Origin: Octopus vulgaris
Taxonomy: Eukaryota
DNA length: 64,000 nt
NCBI GenBank assembly: GCA_951406725.2
Contig: OX597830.1
Location: 32,426,001 to 32,490,000 of the forward strand
Reading direction: 5' to 3'
In this document: one piece after another, positions 12,231 through 25,047 of the stretch
Layout of the letters: each line of letters starts with the position of its first letter
Position numbering within the stretch: the first letter of the stretch is position 1
Program-made: the position numbers and the translations under genes
The notes under the pieces: generated by a model
What the model saw: the letters and a program-made list of their open reading frames with translations, nothing else
Told to the model about the DNA's origin: nothing
The model's database searches: none

Positions 12231-12997
12231 ATGATTGTGAGGTCAACTTCTTTAAATGTCTGGCCATGCTGCAGCTATGTAACACCTGAATGTTGTACAT
12301 AGATAGACACACATGCATGCTATGTGTGAGTGTGTGTGTGTGTGTGTCACGCATCTATGCACATATATATACCTGAAAATGCAGCCTGTCATGCATTACC
12401 TGATGCAGTCATGCTTTTCACATGCATACACGTGCACACACATCCGTGCACACTATCTCCTATGTCTCATACACACACACACATGCTAACACACACACAC
12501 ATACACACACACATGCTAACACACACACACATACACACACACACACATCATTTGAATATGTCTCATGCACAGCAGCAACATCATCTCCACCATCACCATC
12601 ACCATCACCATCACCACCACCATCACTATCACCACTACCATCACCATCACCACTACAGCTGCCACCACCACCACCACCACCACCACAATAAGCATCACGA
12701 CCACCATCACTGCTGTCATCACCGCCACCATCACCACCAACGCCACCACCACCACCATAACTGCTACTGCCACTGCCATTACCACTGCCACTGCTGCCAC
12801 AACCATCCCCTATCCCCATAAATATTACTGACCCCTAACCCCACATGGTATTAAGCCTTCTGCTTACACTGGGATCAAGAAAGTCCCAAGCCAAGCCAAG
12901 TCAACACCCGACTGCTCTCTCCTCCTTTCCTCAAATAGATGACATCATAGACAAGTTATTAGCTAGACTGGTGGGTGTATATATTTACACACACACA

Positions 12998-13029
<32 letters not shown>

Positions 13030-13468
13030 TACATATACATACATATATATGAATGCATGAATGTGTGTGTATATATATATATATATATGTACACATATAT
13101 ATATACATACATACATACATATATATATATGTATGCACACACTCACACACACACACACTCACACACACAGAGACACACATATATATATAGTTACCTATGT
13201 GTGCACACATGTGTGTGCATGTGTGTGTGTGCGTGTGTGTGTGTGTATTGCCTCTCATGGAGATTATGATTGTGTGAATGACTGTAAATGTGTGTAAGTA
13301 CATACATACATACATACATACATACATACATACATACACACACATACATACATACATACATTCATATATACATACATACATACATTCATATATACATTCA
13401 TACATACGTACATACATACATACATACATACATATATGCATACATACATACATACGTACATACATACG

Positions 13469-13502
<34 letters not shown>

Positions 13503-13525
13503 CATACATACGTACACACATACGC

Positions 13526-13558
<33 letters not shown>

Positions 13559-14660
13559 CATTCATACATATCTGCTCTGTTTTCCAGCTGAGGTAGCCGT
13601 GTATTTCCTTTATACCAAAACATCTCTTTCTGTTGCTCTATCAATACTCTCTCATCTCCCATCACCTGACACAACATTACTTCCCCTCTCGGCTGAGGAT
13701 TCTTTGTCTTGCAAGTTGCTTGTGGTTTCACTGGTGCTAGTGCCATGCAAAAAACCCTTGGTTGCCTTCTGCAAAATGGTTGTCATTAGGAAGAGCATCC
13801 AGCTGCAGAAACAGTGCCAACACAGATCAAAGTGCTTGATTCAGTTTTGTGGTTCCCCAACTCCTCTCAAACTTTTGAACCCATGCTAGGATACAAAATG
13901 AGCATTATATGATGATGATGATATTGATGATGTTGATGATGATGATGAGGTTTATGATTTATGATAATGATGATGATCACCGTCATCATTTAATCTCCAT
14001 TTTCCCATGCCGGAGAGCTGCACCAGGTTTCATAGTTTGTTTTGGCTCGATGCCCTTCCTAACACCAACCACTTTACAGAGACTGCATGATGCTGATAAT
14101 AAATATTTTCTGTTTTCTTTTATTTGTATCAGTCATTTGACTGTGGCCATGCTGGAGCACCGCCTTTAGTCGAAGAAATCAACCTCAGGATTTGTTCTTA
14201 TGGTCACACTTGCGCTTGCCCACAAGGTTGTGGTCTCACACATATTATATATATATATATATATACGATGGGCTACTTTCAGCTCCCACCTACCAGATCC
14301 ACTCACAAGACTTTGTTCGGTCCGAGGCTATAGTTGAAGACATTTGCCCAAGGTGCCACGTGTTAGGACTGGACCCAGAACTATGTGGTTGGGAAGCAAG
14401 CTTCTTACCATGCAGCCACTCCTATAACACCTTACTGACTCTCTACCATTTTTCTTCCTGTTTATCAAACTCACTTTTTCTGTGATGGCTGCAAAATCAT
14501 GTCTGTTTCTACAATTTTAATAAAAAATTTAGTCTTTGCTGAGTTTATGTTAAATCTTTTATATTCTAGATTTTGCTTCTTGACCAGAGTATTCTTCTTT
14601 AAATCTGTAAATCTTCTACAAAATCAATTATAAGAACTAAGTTGTGCACAAAAAAAGTTA

Positions 14661-15009
14661 TGGCTGTGTGGTAAGTAGCTTGCTAACCAACTACATGGTT
14701 CCGGGTTCAGTCCCACTGCGTGGCACCTTGGGCAAGTGTCTTCTGCTATAGCCCCGGGCCGACCGATGCCTTGTGAGTGGATTTGGTAGACGGAAACTGA
14801 AAGAAGCCTGTCGTATATATGTATATATATGTATGTGTGTGTGTGTGTGTTTGTGTTTGTCCCCCTAGCATTGCTTGACAACCGATGCTGGTGTGCTTAT
14901 GTCCCCGTTACTTAGCGGTTCGGCAAAAGAGACCGATAGAATAAGTACTAAAGGCGGTGCCCCAGCATGGCCGCAGTCAAATGACTGAAACAAGTAAAAG
15001 AGTAAAGAG
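14661..15009 (+). mobile_element. tRNA-derived SINE family A (CORE-like, internal TG microsatellite)
   Basis: A-box tggctgtgtgg, B-box ggttcagtccc, core ccttgggcaagtgtctt, tail aaacaagtaaaagagtaaagag; internal deletion at an acta microhomology. Confidence 0.92.
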
Positions 15010-15015
15010 TATATA

Positions 15016-15423
15016 CTCTTTTTACTCTTTTTTATTTGTTTCAGTCATTTGACTGCGGCCATGCTGGAGCACCGCATTTAGTCGAGCAACTCGACCCCAG
15101 GACTTATTCTTTTTGTAAGCCCAGTACTTATTCTATCGGTCTCTTTTTGCCGAACCACTAAGTGACGGGGACGTAAACACACCAGCATCGGTTGTCAAGC
15201 AATGCTAGGGGAACAAACACAAACACACAAGCACACACGCATATATATATATACATATATGTGACAGGCTTCTTTCAGTTTCCGTCTACCAAATCCACTC
15301 ACAAAACATTGGTCGGCCCGGGGCTATAGCAGAAGACACTTGTCCAAGATGCCACGCAGTGGGACTGAACCTGGAACCATGTGGCTGGTAAACAAGCTAC
15401 TTACCACACAGCCACTCCTGCTC
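15016..15423 (-). mobile_element. SINE family A, full length, tail-to-tail with the previous copy
   Basis: Reverse complement of the family A consensus from tail to caggagtggctgtgtgg. Confidence 0.92.
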
Positions 15424-15576
15424 CTATGTGCATACCTACACGCATACCCATATTTGTATACAGTAATCCTTATACAGAGTTACGTTCCAAAAACCCTACT
15501 GCAATAGGTGAAAATCCACAAAGTAGAAACAGTACTGTACTGTATATTTTTCTTTTATCATTTTTATAATTTATAT

Positions 15577-16305
15577 ATATTCTGTTGTGTCTGGGGAGAG
15601 TCATTTTCTTTTCGTACCTTATTATTTAACATACTCACCGGTAAAATTTCCACTTAATTCATATTTTTATTTTCCTAAAATTTTCGTTGCGTCTTGCAAC
15701 CTGTTCAATAACCTTGTCTCTGTCTGTTATTTACACTGCGTTCCCTTTTGTTTGTTTGTGCGCATGTGTGTAGGCCAGTGTGTGTGTGCCTATGCATGCA
15801 TACATCTACGTATGTATGTGTGTATGTATGTATGCATGTATGCATGTGTGTGTGTGTATGTATATATGTGTGAGTATGTATATGCATATATGCATGTATG
15901 TGTGTGCATCTGTATGTACGTGTAAATAACGGACAGAGTCAAGACTATTGAAAAGGTTGCAAGATGCAACAAAAATTTTTGGAAAATAAAAATATGAAAT
16001 AAGTGTAAAATAATTTTTTATGGGTTTTAAAACAGAAAAGGTGTATTCTGTTTTGTCTGCAGAGAGTCATTTTCTTTTTGTGCCTTATAATTTAACAGAC
16101 TCACTGGTAAAATTTCCACTTATTCCATTTTTATTTTCCTAAAATATTTAAGGAAAATAGACATAAAGAATAAGTGGAAATCTTACTGGTGAATGTGTTA
16201 AATCATAAGGCACAAAAAGAAAATGACTCTCCTCAGACACAACAGAATATGCTTCAACACACCAACTCACAAAAAGAATCTTGCAAATCAAATCCAAAAA
16301 CGAAA
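15577..16305. mobile_element. foldback / inverted-repeat element cluster
   Basis: ~85-bp inverted repeats (15650-15737 / 15920-16005) around a TG/TATG microsatellite, plus a ~205-bp near-palindrome at 16044-16249. A second copy lies at 49820-50120. Confidence 0.8.
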
Positions 16306-16316
16306 CATTATAAATA

Positions 16317-16730
16317 GGCGCAGGAGTGGCTGTGTGGTAAGTAGCTTGTTTACCAACTACATGGTTCCGGGTTCAGTCCCACTGCGTGGCACCTTGGGTA
16401 AGTGTCTTCTACTATAGCCTCGGGCCGACCAAAGCCTTGTGAGTGGATTAGGTAGACGGAAACTGAAAGAAGCCTGTCGTATATATGTATATATATATAT
16501 ATGCATGTGTGTGTTTGTGTGTCTGTGTTTGTCCCTCTAGCATTGCTTGACAACCGATGCTGGTGTATTTATGTCCCCGTTACTTAGCGGTTCGGCAAAA
16601 GAGACTGATAGAATAAGTACTGGGCTTACAAAAGAATAAGTCCCAGGGTCGAGTTGCTCGATTAAAGGCGGTGCTCCAGCATGGCTGCAATCAAATGACT
16701 GAAACAAGTAAAAGAGTAAAAGAAAAAGAG
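16317..16730 (+). mobile_element. SINE family A, full length
   Basis: From ggcgcaggagtggctgtgtggtaag to the gtaaaagag tail; well preserved. Confidence 0.95.
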
Positions 16731-17224
16731 TATATATTTATTTTGTTATAAATGCAAAACAACACCACAGAGGAATCGACGTAAGCCTTAAATAATAAAC
16801 CACAATAGGTGAACCACGATAGGTGAACCGCAATAGGTGAACCGTGATATGGCACAGATTACTGTATATGAATAGCATTGCTATTTCCCAGTTGGTTTTG
16901 TGCTCATTCCACTAAATGGCACCTTTGGGCAAGTATCTTCTGCTATAGTCTTAGGCTGTGCCAACCAATGCAGACCAATTTGATTGACAAAAACTGTGTA
17001 GAACCCCATCTAACATATGTGCATGTTGTATAAGTGAGTGTATGTGTGCGTGTGTGTGTGTGTGTGTGTGTTTCAGTGACTTTTGTGTTTGCCTCCTACT
17101 TCTTGGTTTGCCTCTGCTTCTATAACTTAGTGGTTCGGCAAAATGAAACTGATAGAGCAAGTAGTAGACATGAAAATAAATATTGGGGCAGATTTGATCA
17201 ACAAAACTCTTCAAATTAGTGTCC

Positions 17225-18320
17225 CTGCATGTGTGCATGCAAGAACACACACATACACAAGCACACACATACTCACAGAAAGCACACACATGCACACTCA
17301 CACACACAGAGACACACATGCACACACACAGAAGCATAGACACAGAGACCCACACACACACACACACACACTCACACACATCAGCACGCACACACCCATA
17401 CACACACACTCACAGAAGCACACACACATGCGCACATACACACTTTCTCACATACTCACAAACACACGCACATACATCGGCATGCACACATGCACACACA
17501 CTCACAGAAGCACACACACACACTTTCACACATACTCACAAACACACACACACATCAATACCCACATGTACACACACTCACAGAAGCACACACACATGCA
17601 CACACACACACACAGAAGCACACACACATAGACACACATACACACATGCTCACACTTACACACACACTCAAACACACACACGAGAGAGGAGTGGGTGTGT
17701 GATAGTGATAGATTAGCAAGTACATATACAGTAAGGATTATTATTGTGATCCGCTTAATCCCTAGGTACACTGACACAAAAGTAAAGGGGTAGATTTGTA
17801 CCTGTGGACTAAGGGTTCTGCCAAGGTGGGGTCAATAACATTCCGTAGCTTGACCTCATCTTTACAGATTTGCATTATTAATCAATTTCTTCCTTCTTCC
17901 TACAAAGGAGATGTGTGTTTGTGTGAATGTATGTGTGTATAATGTGTGTGTGTGTGTGAGTGTGTGTGTGTGTATGTGTATGGTGAATGTTTGTATATGT
18001 GTTTGTAGATATATATGTGTGCAAGCACTTCCATGTGTGTGTCTCTGTAGTGTTTGCATGTCTGTAAGCATGTGTATTAGCGTAAGTGTATGTCTGCGTG
18101 TATTGTGTGTATGAATGTGTGTATGTGTGTGAATGTATGTGTATGTATGTTCTGTAACTACATAAATGTGTAAATATATGTGTTTGTGTGTGTGTGTGAG
18201 TATGGGTAGATATGTATATGGTGAATGGTTGTTCGTGTGTATGTATGAGAATGTGTGTGTATGTATGTTATGTAAGTACATAAATGTGTAAATATGTGTG
18301 TTCGTCTGTGTGTGTGTGTC
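17225..18320. repeat. (CA)n- and (TG)n-derived degenerate micro/minisatellites flanking a 210-bp unique island (17700-17910)
   Basis: Repeated actcacagaagcacacaca units on the left; TG/TATG units on the right. Confidence 0.85.
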
Positions 18321-18620
18321 ATCATCATCATCATCATCATCATCGTTTAACGTCAGTTTTCCATGCTAGCATGGGTTGGACGGTCTGACTGAGGTCTGGA
18401 GAGCAAGAAGCTGCACCAGGCTCCAGTCTGATCTGGCAGAGTTTCTACAGCTGGATGCCCTTCCTAACGCCAACCACTCCATGAGTGTAGTGGGTGCTTT
18501 TTATGTGCCACCCGCACGGGTGCCAGGCAAGGCTGGCAATGGCCACGATTGGTTGGTGCTTTTTACGTGCCACCAGCATGGAAGCCAGTGAGGGCAGCGC
18601 TGGTATCAGAGGCGGTGCTG
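18320..18620 (-). mobile_element. (GAT)n-tailed retroposon 3' end
   Basis: (CAT)n-cgtttaacgtc..tttccatgctagcatgggttggacgg...ctggatgcccttcctaacgccaacc. Confidence 0.85.
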
Positions 18621-18889
18621 TATATAGTGAATGTATGTGTATGTATGTGAATGTATATGTGTGTATGTATGTGAATGTATGTGTATGTATGTTATGTAAG
18701 TACATAAATGTGTAAATATCTGTGTTTGTGTGTGTGTGTGTATGTGTGTGTATGGGTATATATGTATATGGTGAATGTTTGTGTATGTATGTGAATGTAT
18801 GTGTATGTATATTACATAGGTATATAAATATAGGAATATGTGTGTGTGCGTAACTGTAGGGAGTATCTGCATAGGTGGTGAATGTCAGA

Positions 18890-19511
18890 AGACCTGTGGC
18901 TGAACCTGGCAAGCCAAGTGAGACCATAACCCATGGCCTATGCCAGTGGTGTAACCAGTCCACTTATGCGTACCTTTCTTCCATTGGACACTAAACTCTG
19001 CTTGTGAAGATCTTTTTAAGCAAGTGAAATTGAAATAGAAATCAAATTCGATGACTGCACCACATGACTGGCATCCATGCTAGTGGAGCACTAAGAGCAC
19101 CATCCAAGCATGATTGTTGCCAGGGCTGTGATTGGCTCCCATGCCAATTGCACATATAAAGCACCATTTGGGCGTGATCGTTACCAGTGTTGCCTTACTG
19201 GCATGTGAAAAACAACATTCGAGCTAGGTCGTTGCCAGTGCCGCTGGACTGGCTCCTGTGCAGATGGCATGTAAAAAAACACCATTTGATCGTGGCTGTT
19301 GCCAGTACCGCATGACTGGCCCTCATGCCAGTGGTACATAAAAGCACCCACTACACTTACAGAGTGGTTGGCATTAGGAAGGGCATCCAGCTGCAGAAAC
19401 TCTGTCAGATCAGATTGGAGCCTGGTGCAGCCATCTGGCTCGCTAGTCCTCAGTCAAACCGTCCAACCCATGCCAGCATGGAAAGCAGACGTTAAACGAT
19501 GATGATGATGA
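18890..19511 (+). mobile_element. RTE-type LINE 3' end or derived retroposon with ~60-bp tandem units and (GAT)n tail
   Basis: Collinear with the reverse complement of 3712-4316; ends gcatggaaagcagacgttaaacgatgatgatg. Confidence 0.8.
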
Positions 19512-20714
19512 TATACATTCACACAAACAATTATCTATATGTGTGTGTGTCTGTGTATACACACATACACATGCACAAGTGTTTATATAAACATAAATAC
19601 CTATTAAGCTAACTTTGCTGGCAAAATTTCCCTAGGATGAGACACTTCGATTTTCTTTATTCGTTTATTTAAATTTCTCCGTTAAATTTTATTTACTTGG
19701 ACACATAATGAAATTTATTTCAAATCAAGTGATAATTGTATATTATAGATTTGCCTGTTATTTCCTCTTAAATTCTTTTTTCTTAATGACATTATGTCTA
19801 TTGCTGTTACTATCATCTCTATGTTCTGGCTCTTCATATTCTGGTTTCAAATCATATTGAGTCAGTTTTACCTTTCAAACCACTGTTGGTCAATAAATTA
19901 AATACCAGTTACACATGAGAGTGATCATCATCATCATCATTATCATCATCATCATCATCATTTAACGTCTGCTTTCCAGAGAGAATGAGAGACAGATAGG
20001 CAGATAGATAGATAGACAGACAGACATAGATTGTTTTCGATAGTTTTACATTGAAGTACATCAATAACTTTTTAGTAACAATACGTTTTAAATATCAAAT
20101 GAAAATACATCTTCATGCTTCATATTCTTTATTTCTTCTAATTCAACGATGCCTTGAACAATTCAATATGTCTTCTCTACTTTTAGTATTAGCATCAGCT
20201 ACTGTGAAATGCCGGTCGTCCCACAAGAAATCAACAATTAAACAAAAGAGTACAGACTAGGTTTCTTACAACTTGATGTAATTTAGCCTATAACGATCTA
20301 CTATAATTATTATCTTTTAGTTATCAACCATATAATTTCCAGGTAACTTTGAATTTTAATTCAACGAAATCAAAAATTATTTCTTAATCTGATGTTAAAT
20401 ATATTGTAAATATATTAAAAAAGAAGGAAATGGTTTAAAATATAATCAATAAGAAGAAATAAATATTTTTAAATATTTTAAAATTAATTTATATGAAAAA
20501 TGGGATAGCATCGGTATTATTGATGGAAATTTTGTTGTCATTTTGCATGGACACTATTGCATGTTTTGTCATGTCAGCTTCTATGTTCTATTGATACCAT
20601 AACTGGAATCAGAAAAAGAATAAAATAATATACGGATATTTGGAATAGAAATATATATAAATTCAGTATTTTTTCACTGCCAGTTTTCCATGAAGATCAC
20701 ACATAGTGACTTTT

Positions 20715-21480
20715 TTTTATCAAACATTATAATTTATAGCACACAGTACGACTGTTTTATCAGACATTATAATTTATCACACACTATGACCGTTTTATCA
20801 AGCATTATCATTTTATCACACATTATAACTGTTTATCATTCATTATTGCAATTTTATTAAACATAATGGCACTTTTGTCACACATTACATTTATTTCTTC
20901 ATACACTGCTTCTGTTTTATAAAACGTTATCACATTTTCATCACATTATATAGTTTTATCCTACATTATCTTTGTTTTGTTACACATATCCCGGCTGCTT
21001 AACCACACATTATTGCTCCAACATGCCTTATTATTATTGTTTATCATGCATTATGTTTGTTTTATCAAACAATATGACTATTTTATCATGCATTATGCCT
21101 GTTTTATCAAACAGTACACTGCTTTATCAGACATTATGTCTATTTTATTACACATTATAGTTGTTTCATTGTACAAACTGGCTGTTTTGTCAGAGAAAAC
21201 GACAGTTCCATCGCATACTATGGCCTTTTTATCACACACTATGCTTATTTTATCAAACATTCCATGGCTCTACTAGGCATAAAGTCTATTCTGTCTAACA
21301 TTATGTTTGTTTCGTTATACATCCCGACTGTTTTGTCAGAGATAGACTGTTCTATTATCCACTGTGGTTGTTGTATTTACTCTGTTTTATAAAACATTAT
21401 CCTGTTTTATCCAACATTATGTCTATTTTACCATACATTATCATTGTTTTATAAGACACTATCACTATTATATCACAATA
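20715..21480. repeat. old degenerate minisatellite, ~20-bp unit (ttttatcanacattatgnctg)
   Basis: ttttatc and acattat recur at roughly 20-bp spacing. Confidence 0.75.
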
Positions 21481-21504
21481 TTGTTGATATCACCACAGGT
21501 TACA

Positions 21505-21700
21505 AACCTGGGCCCTCGGAAAGGAAGCTTTGCTGTTTGAAGAGAATTGTGGAAAACGAACCCCATTCGAAGGCTTCTGACATTGCCAAAACAGCTAGAA
21601 GTTAGTCCAAGAACATGTGTTACATATCTGCATAAGCTTGGGTATTATGGACGAGCGGCTGGAAGAAACCTCTCCTTCAACCAATTAATATTAAATAAAA
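21505..21700 (+). pseudogene. Tc1-like transposase HTH fragment
   Basis: With frameshifts it reads LKRIVENEPHSKASDIAK / LEVSPRTCVTYLHKLGYYGRAA / KPLL, typical of the Tc1 DNA-binding region. Confidence 0.65.
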
Positions 21701-21757
21701 GATTTTGAAAATTAGAGGTGTCTATTTACTTCCTGTATGTCTGTGTATGTATATATA

Positions 21758-22020
21758 TATCACCGTGATCACCACGACCAACCAGGCTATCAGATGTTGC
21801 TACACATCGCTGGTCACAATGTGCTTCACATTGTTTTAGCGTTCAAACGACACCACCCCGCTGGTTAAGCAAGCAGGCCAACAGAAGAAAGAGTGAGAGA
21901 AAGTTGTGTGAAAGAGTACAACAAGGGTCAATAAACACCCGCAACGCCCGGTCTGGGAATCGAAACCGCAATCCTACAACCGCGAGTCCGCTGATCTAAC
22001 CACTGGGCCATTGCACCTCC
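21758..22020 (-). mobile_element. tRNA-derived SINE family E (tail variant 1)
   Basis: Minus-strand head ggaggtgcaatggcccagtggttag...ggtttcgattcccagaccggg; shares head and middle with 53433-53814. Confidence 0.85.
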
Positions 22021-22034
22021 ACACACACACACAT

Positions 22035-22655
22035 ATATATAATTCTTAAACAGGACAGTAAACATTAAGGCATTGTTTCATATCAACTGTTATTGAATGT
22101 TGATATGTTCACATCTTTTTTCATGGGATGTCTACTATATCAGGATTTTAACCCACATGGATATATACAGGGTTGCACCTAAAGATTTACGCTCATAGAT
22201 CTATGCAGGATTGCACCTTAGGACTTGTGGTCTGGTTTGTATAACTTTGGAAAGTTGAACTATGAAGTTTTATGCTTCTTTTTGTTTTGTTCTTTCCGAC
22301 TCCTTATTCTTTTACTCTCTTCCTCTATGTCATCATCTTATTAATATATACCTTCCTCATTTTCCCTATTTTTTCCCTATTTGTCTCTGATGATGGAATA
22401 TCCCATACTCGGGGATATCTCAGAAACAGCTGTAAGACTTTGAATTTTTTCCAATAATAATATTGTATACGACTTGAAATGTTTGCCTTGCCTTAACGTT
22501 TGATGTCCTGTTTAACAATTATATATCCACTGCATCGGATATCTGTAATGGGTCCATAACTATCATCTTGGCTATAACCTTGCAGCCTCAGTAATCCGTT
22601 ATAGCACTTACCTAGCGTACCTAATCATTTAGATCACCTGTGAACTAAACCCCTA
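22035..22655 (+). mobile_element. Penelope-like pLTR remnant with inverted terminal segment and hammerhead
   Basis: ~38-bp inverted repeat (22035-22071 / 22489-22526) enclosing a hammerhead motif. Confidence 0.6.
22383..22438 (+). ncRNA. type-I hammerhead ribozyme motif
   Basis: gtct-CTGATGA-[tggaatatccc atactcg gggatatctca]-GAAAC-agct-GTA-agac. Stem I gtct/agac, long stem II, palindromic stem III ACAGCTGT, GUA cleavage triplet. Confidence 0.8.
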
Positions 22656-22660
22656 TAATT

Positions 22661-22752
<92 letters not shown>

Positions 22753-23188
22753 TGTATGTATGTATGTATGTATGTATGTACATGTGTATGTAGCTGTGTA
22801 TAATTATTATTGAGAACCATGGATCTTGAAATAAATAATACTATAAACAATAGAATAGGGACTTTCATCTGAATATTTTAGACAAGCTATTGTAGCTTTA
22901 TGTGTTTTGAGATCCATGGTTCCAAAAAGGATAATTTTTTCATGTTCTCTTGAAAGTATAAATATTCTTATGATGTACTTTTCTCTGGACTATCTGCTCC
23001 TTCCGCCTTTTCCTCTAATCTGGACATTATCCTTTTCCTGACAAAGAGCTGTGCTCGAAATGTCATTTCTACTCCCATTCTTCTCTGAGCATCATCCTAA
23101 TATACAGTATATTCACTGTGTACATTCAACTGATATTTTTTGTTTTCTTCCTATGTTTTTTTCTTTTTGCTTTTGGATTTACCTATAT

Positions 23189-23229
<41 letters not shown>

Positions 23230-23987
23230 TTAATGTCCATTTTACATGCTGGCATGGGTTGGATGGTTTGACAGGAGCTGGCCAGGTGGGGGAGTTGCAG
23301 CAGGCTCTAGTTGTCTGAATTGGCATGGTTTCTGCAACTGGTTGCCCTTCCTAACACCAATCACTTTATAGAGTGTACTGGGTGCTTATTATGTAGCGAT
23401 GGCATGGATGCTGTTCATGTGGAATCGGCATATTTTGACCCAAAAAAGAAAGTCTACTTCACTTCTATTTGGCATATTCTGAGCACTCTGGGAATAAAGC
23501 TTCCATTTCATTAGTTCATAATTTATGATCAAAGAGAAACAAATGCTGAAATATTTAATGGAAGAATCCATTGATAATTGGACCTGTTTCCTTGTAATTA
23601 ATTCTAAAGTTGTCCTAATGAAGAACAGAGTCTTAACGAATATAATTGCTTGCAATTGCATTCAGTAAGTAAGTTGCAGTTCAATATAAAAGTAAAAGGA
23701 AACAAAAGGATGATTATGAAAAAAAGGAGGACAGAAAAAGGAAAAACACATATAATGTTTTGAAGACATGAACTCACTGCTCACAGTTGCTTGCCCGGAC
23801 ATAATGTGAAGGGCGTTATGCCTAATTTACATTATAGCTACTAATTACAATCTTTATGCTTTATCAGACACATCAGTCTTATCTTTTATTTTCTTGTCTG
23901 CAGTGAATTTTTCAGGATCAGTCTTTTAAACACTGTTCAGAAGTTGTATCTTTCACAACTATTTATAAAGAGCCTAGAGCGTTAAAC

Positions 23988-24297
23988 CAGTGGTTCCCAA
24001 ACATTTTCGGGTAGCCACCCACTTGACACCCTGGTCACATTCCTAGCGCCCCCACCCCAACTAACCATCACAAACATAGACCTCTTTCTAAAGCAAATTC
24101 AAAGCAATTGTATTTCACAAATAAAACTTAACCTAATGAACCCTTTATTTTGTTGTTTTTTCATGAATTGCCATCTAATTATTGCCATACTTTTTACATG
24201 AATCGTTACCCCATTATTGCCCTACTTTTTTTCAATGCTCACTTGGAACTTTCTATCACCCTCAGGGGTGCAATACCACCCACTCTGGGAACCACTG
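23988..24297. mobile_element. hAT (Charlie/MER5-like) MITE
   Basis: TIRs cagtggttccca / tgggaaccactg; degenerate 8-bp flanks cgttaaac / ttttaaat. Confidence 0.8.
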
Positions 24298-24634
24298 TTT
24301 TAAATGACCCAACATATGATACTATACTTATTAGAATTTTCTTTTAGATACCTAATGTAACTTGAGAACTGTGTTGCATTTCACTATCAACGATCTTGAA
24401 AGAAGGGACATAATCAAAAAACTTTTATTGAATGTTCTTTCTGTTATGCCAATATTATATACTTCAGGATGATACCAAAGCTGAAATCTTTTGATTTAAG
24501 CTTTGTCTTAAATACAATGGCTTCTGTGTTACAGGATTTATTCAGTTGGCATATACTGTTGTTTCAGTATGAGCAATCAACTTCAGTGGATGAGGTAGGT
24601 TTGTTGGGTAATATGTGTTTGGAATGTTAAACAC

Positions 24635-25015
24635 ACATCCGAGTGTGATTGTCACTAGGACCATGGATTGACTCCCGTGCCAGTGACACATGAAAAAGCA
24701 CCATTCGAGCATGATCATTGCCAGCGTCGCCTTACCGGCAGATGTGCTGGTGGCACATGAAAAACAAGACTGGCTCCTGTACCATGTAAAAACACCTTTT
24801 GAGCATGGTCGTTGCCAGAACCACCTAACTGGCCTTCGTGCCAGTGGCAGATAAAAGCACCCACTACACTCTTGGAGTGGTTGGCATTAGGAAGGGCATC
24901 CAGCTGTAGAAACTTTGCCAGATCAGATTGGAGCATGGTGCAGCCTCTGGCTCATCAATCCTCAGTCAAACCATCCAACCCATGACAGCATGGAAAGCGG
25001 ACATTAAACGACAAC

Positions 25016-25045
<30 letters not shown>
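24635..25045 (+). mobile_element. (GAT)n-tailed retroposon 3' end with 3-4 tandem units
   Basis: Same family as 18890-19511. Confidence 0.85.

Positions 25046-25047
<2 letters not shown>

Larger units (their letters stand above)
15461..16864. mobile_element. Tigger/pogo-like MITE split by nested insertions
   Basis: TA-CAGTAATCC ... AGATTACTG-TA ends; subterminal 14-bp repeats (accrcrataggtga x3 at 16799-16840, one related motif near 15500). Confidence 0.7.

Noticed and set aside
12330-13889. His-rich and YIHT/VCMY-repeat ORFs here and throughout the window
   Set aside because: Stop-free microsatellite translations, not genes.
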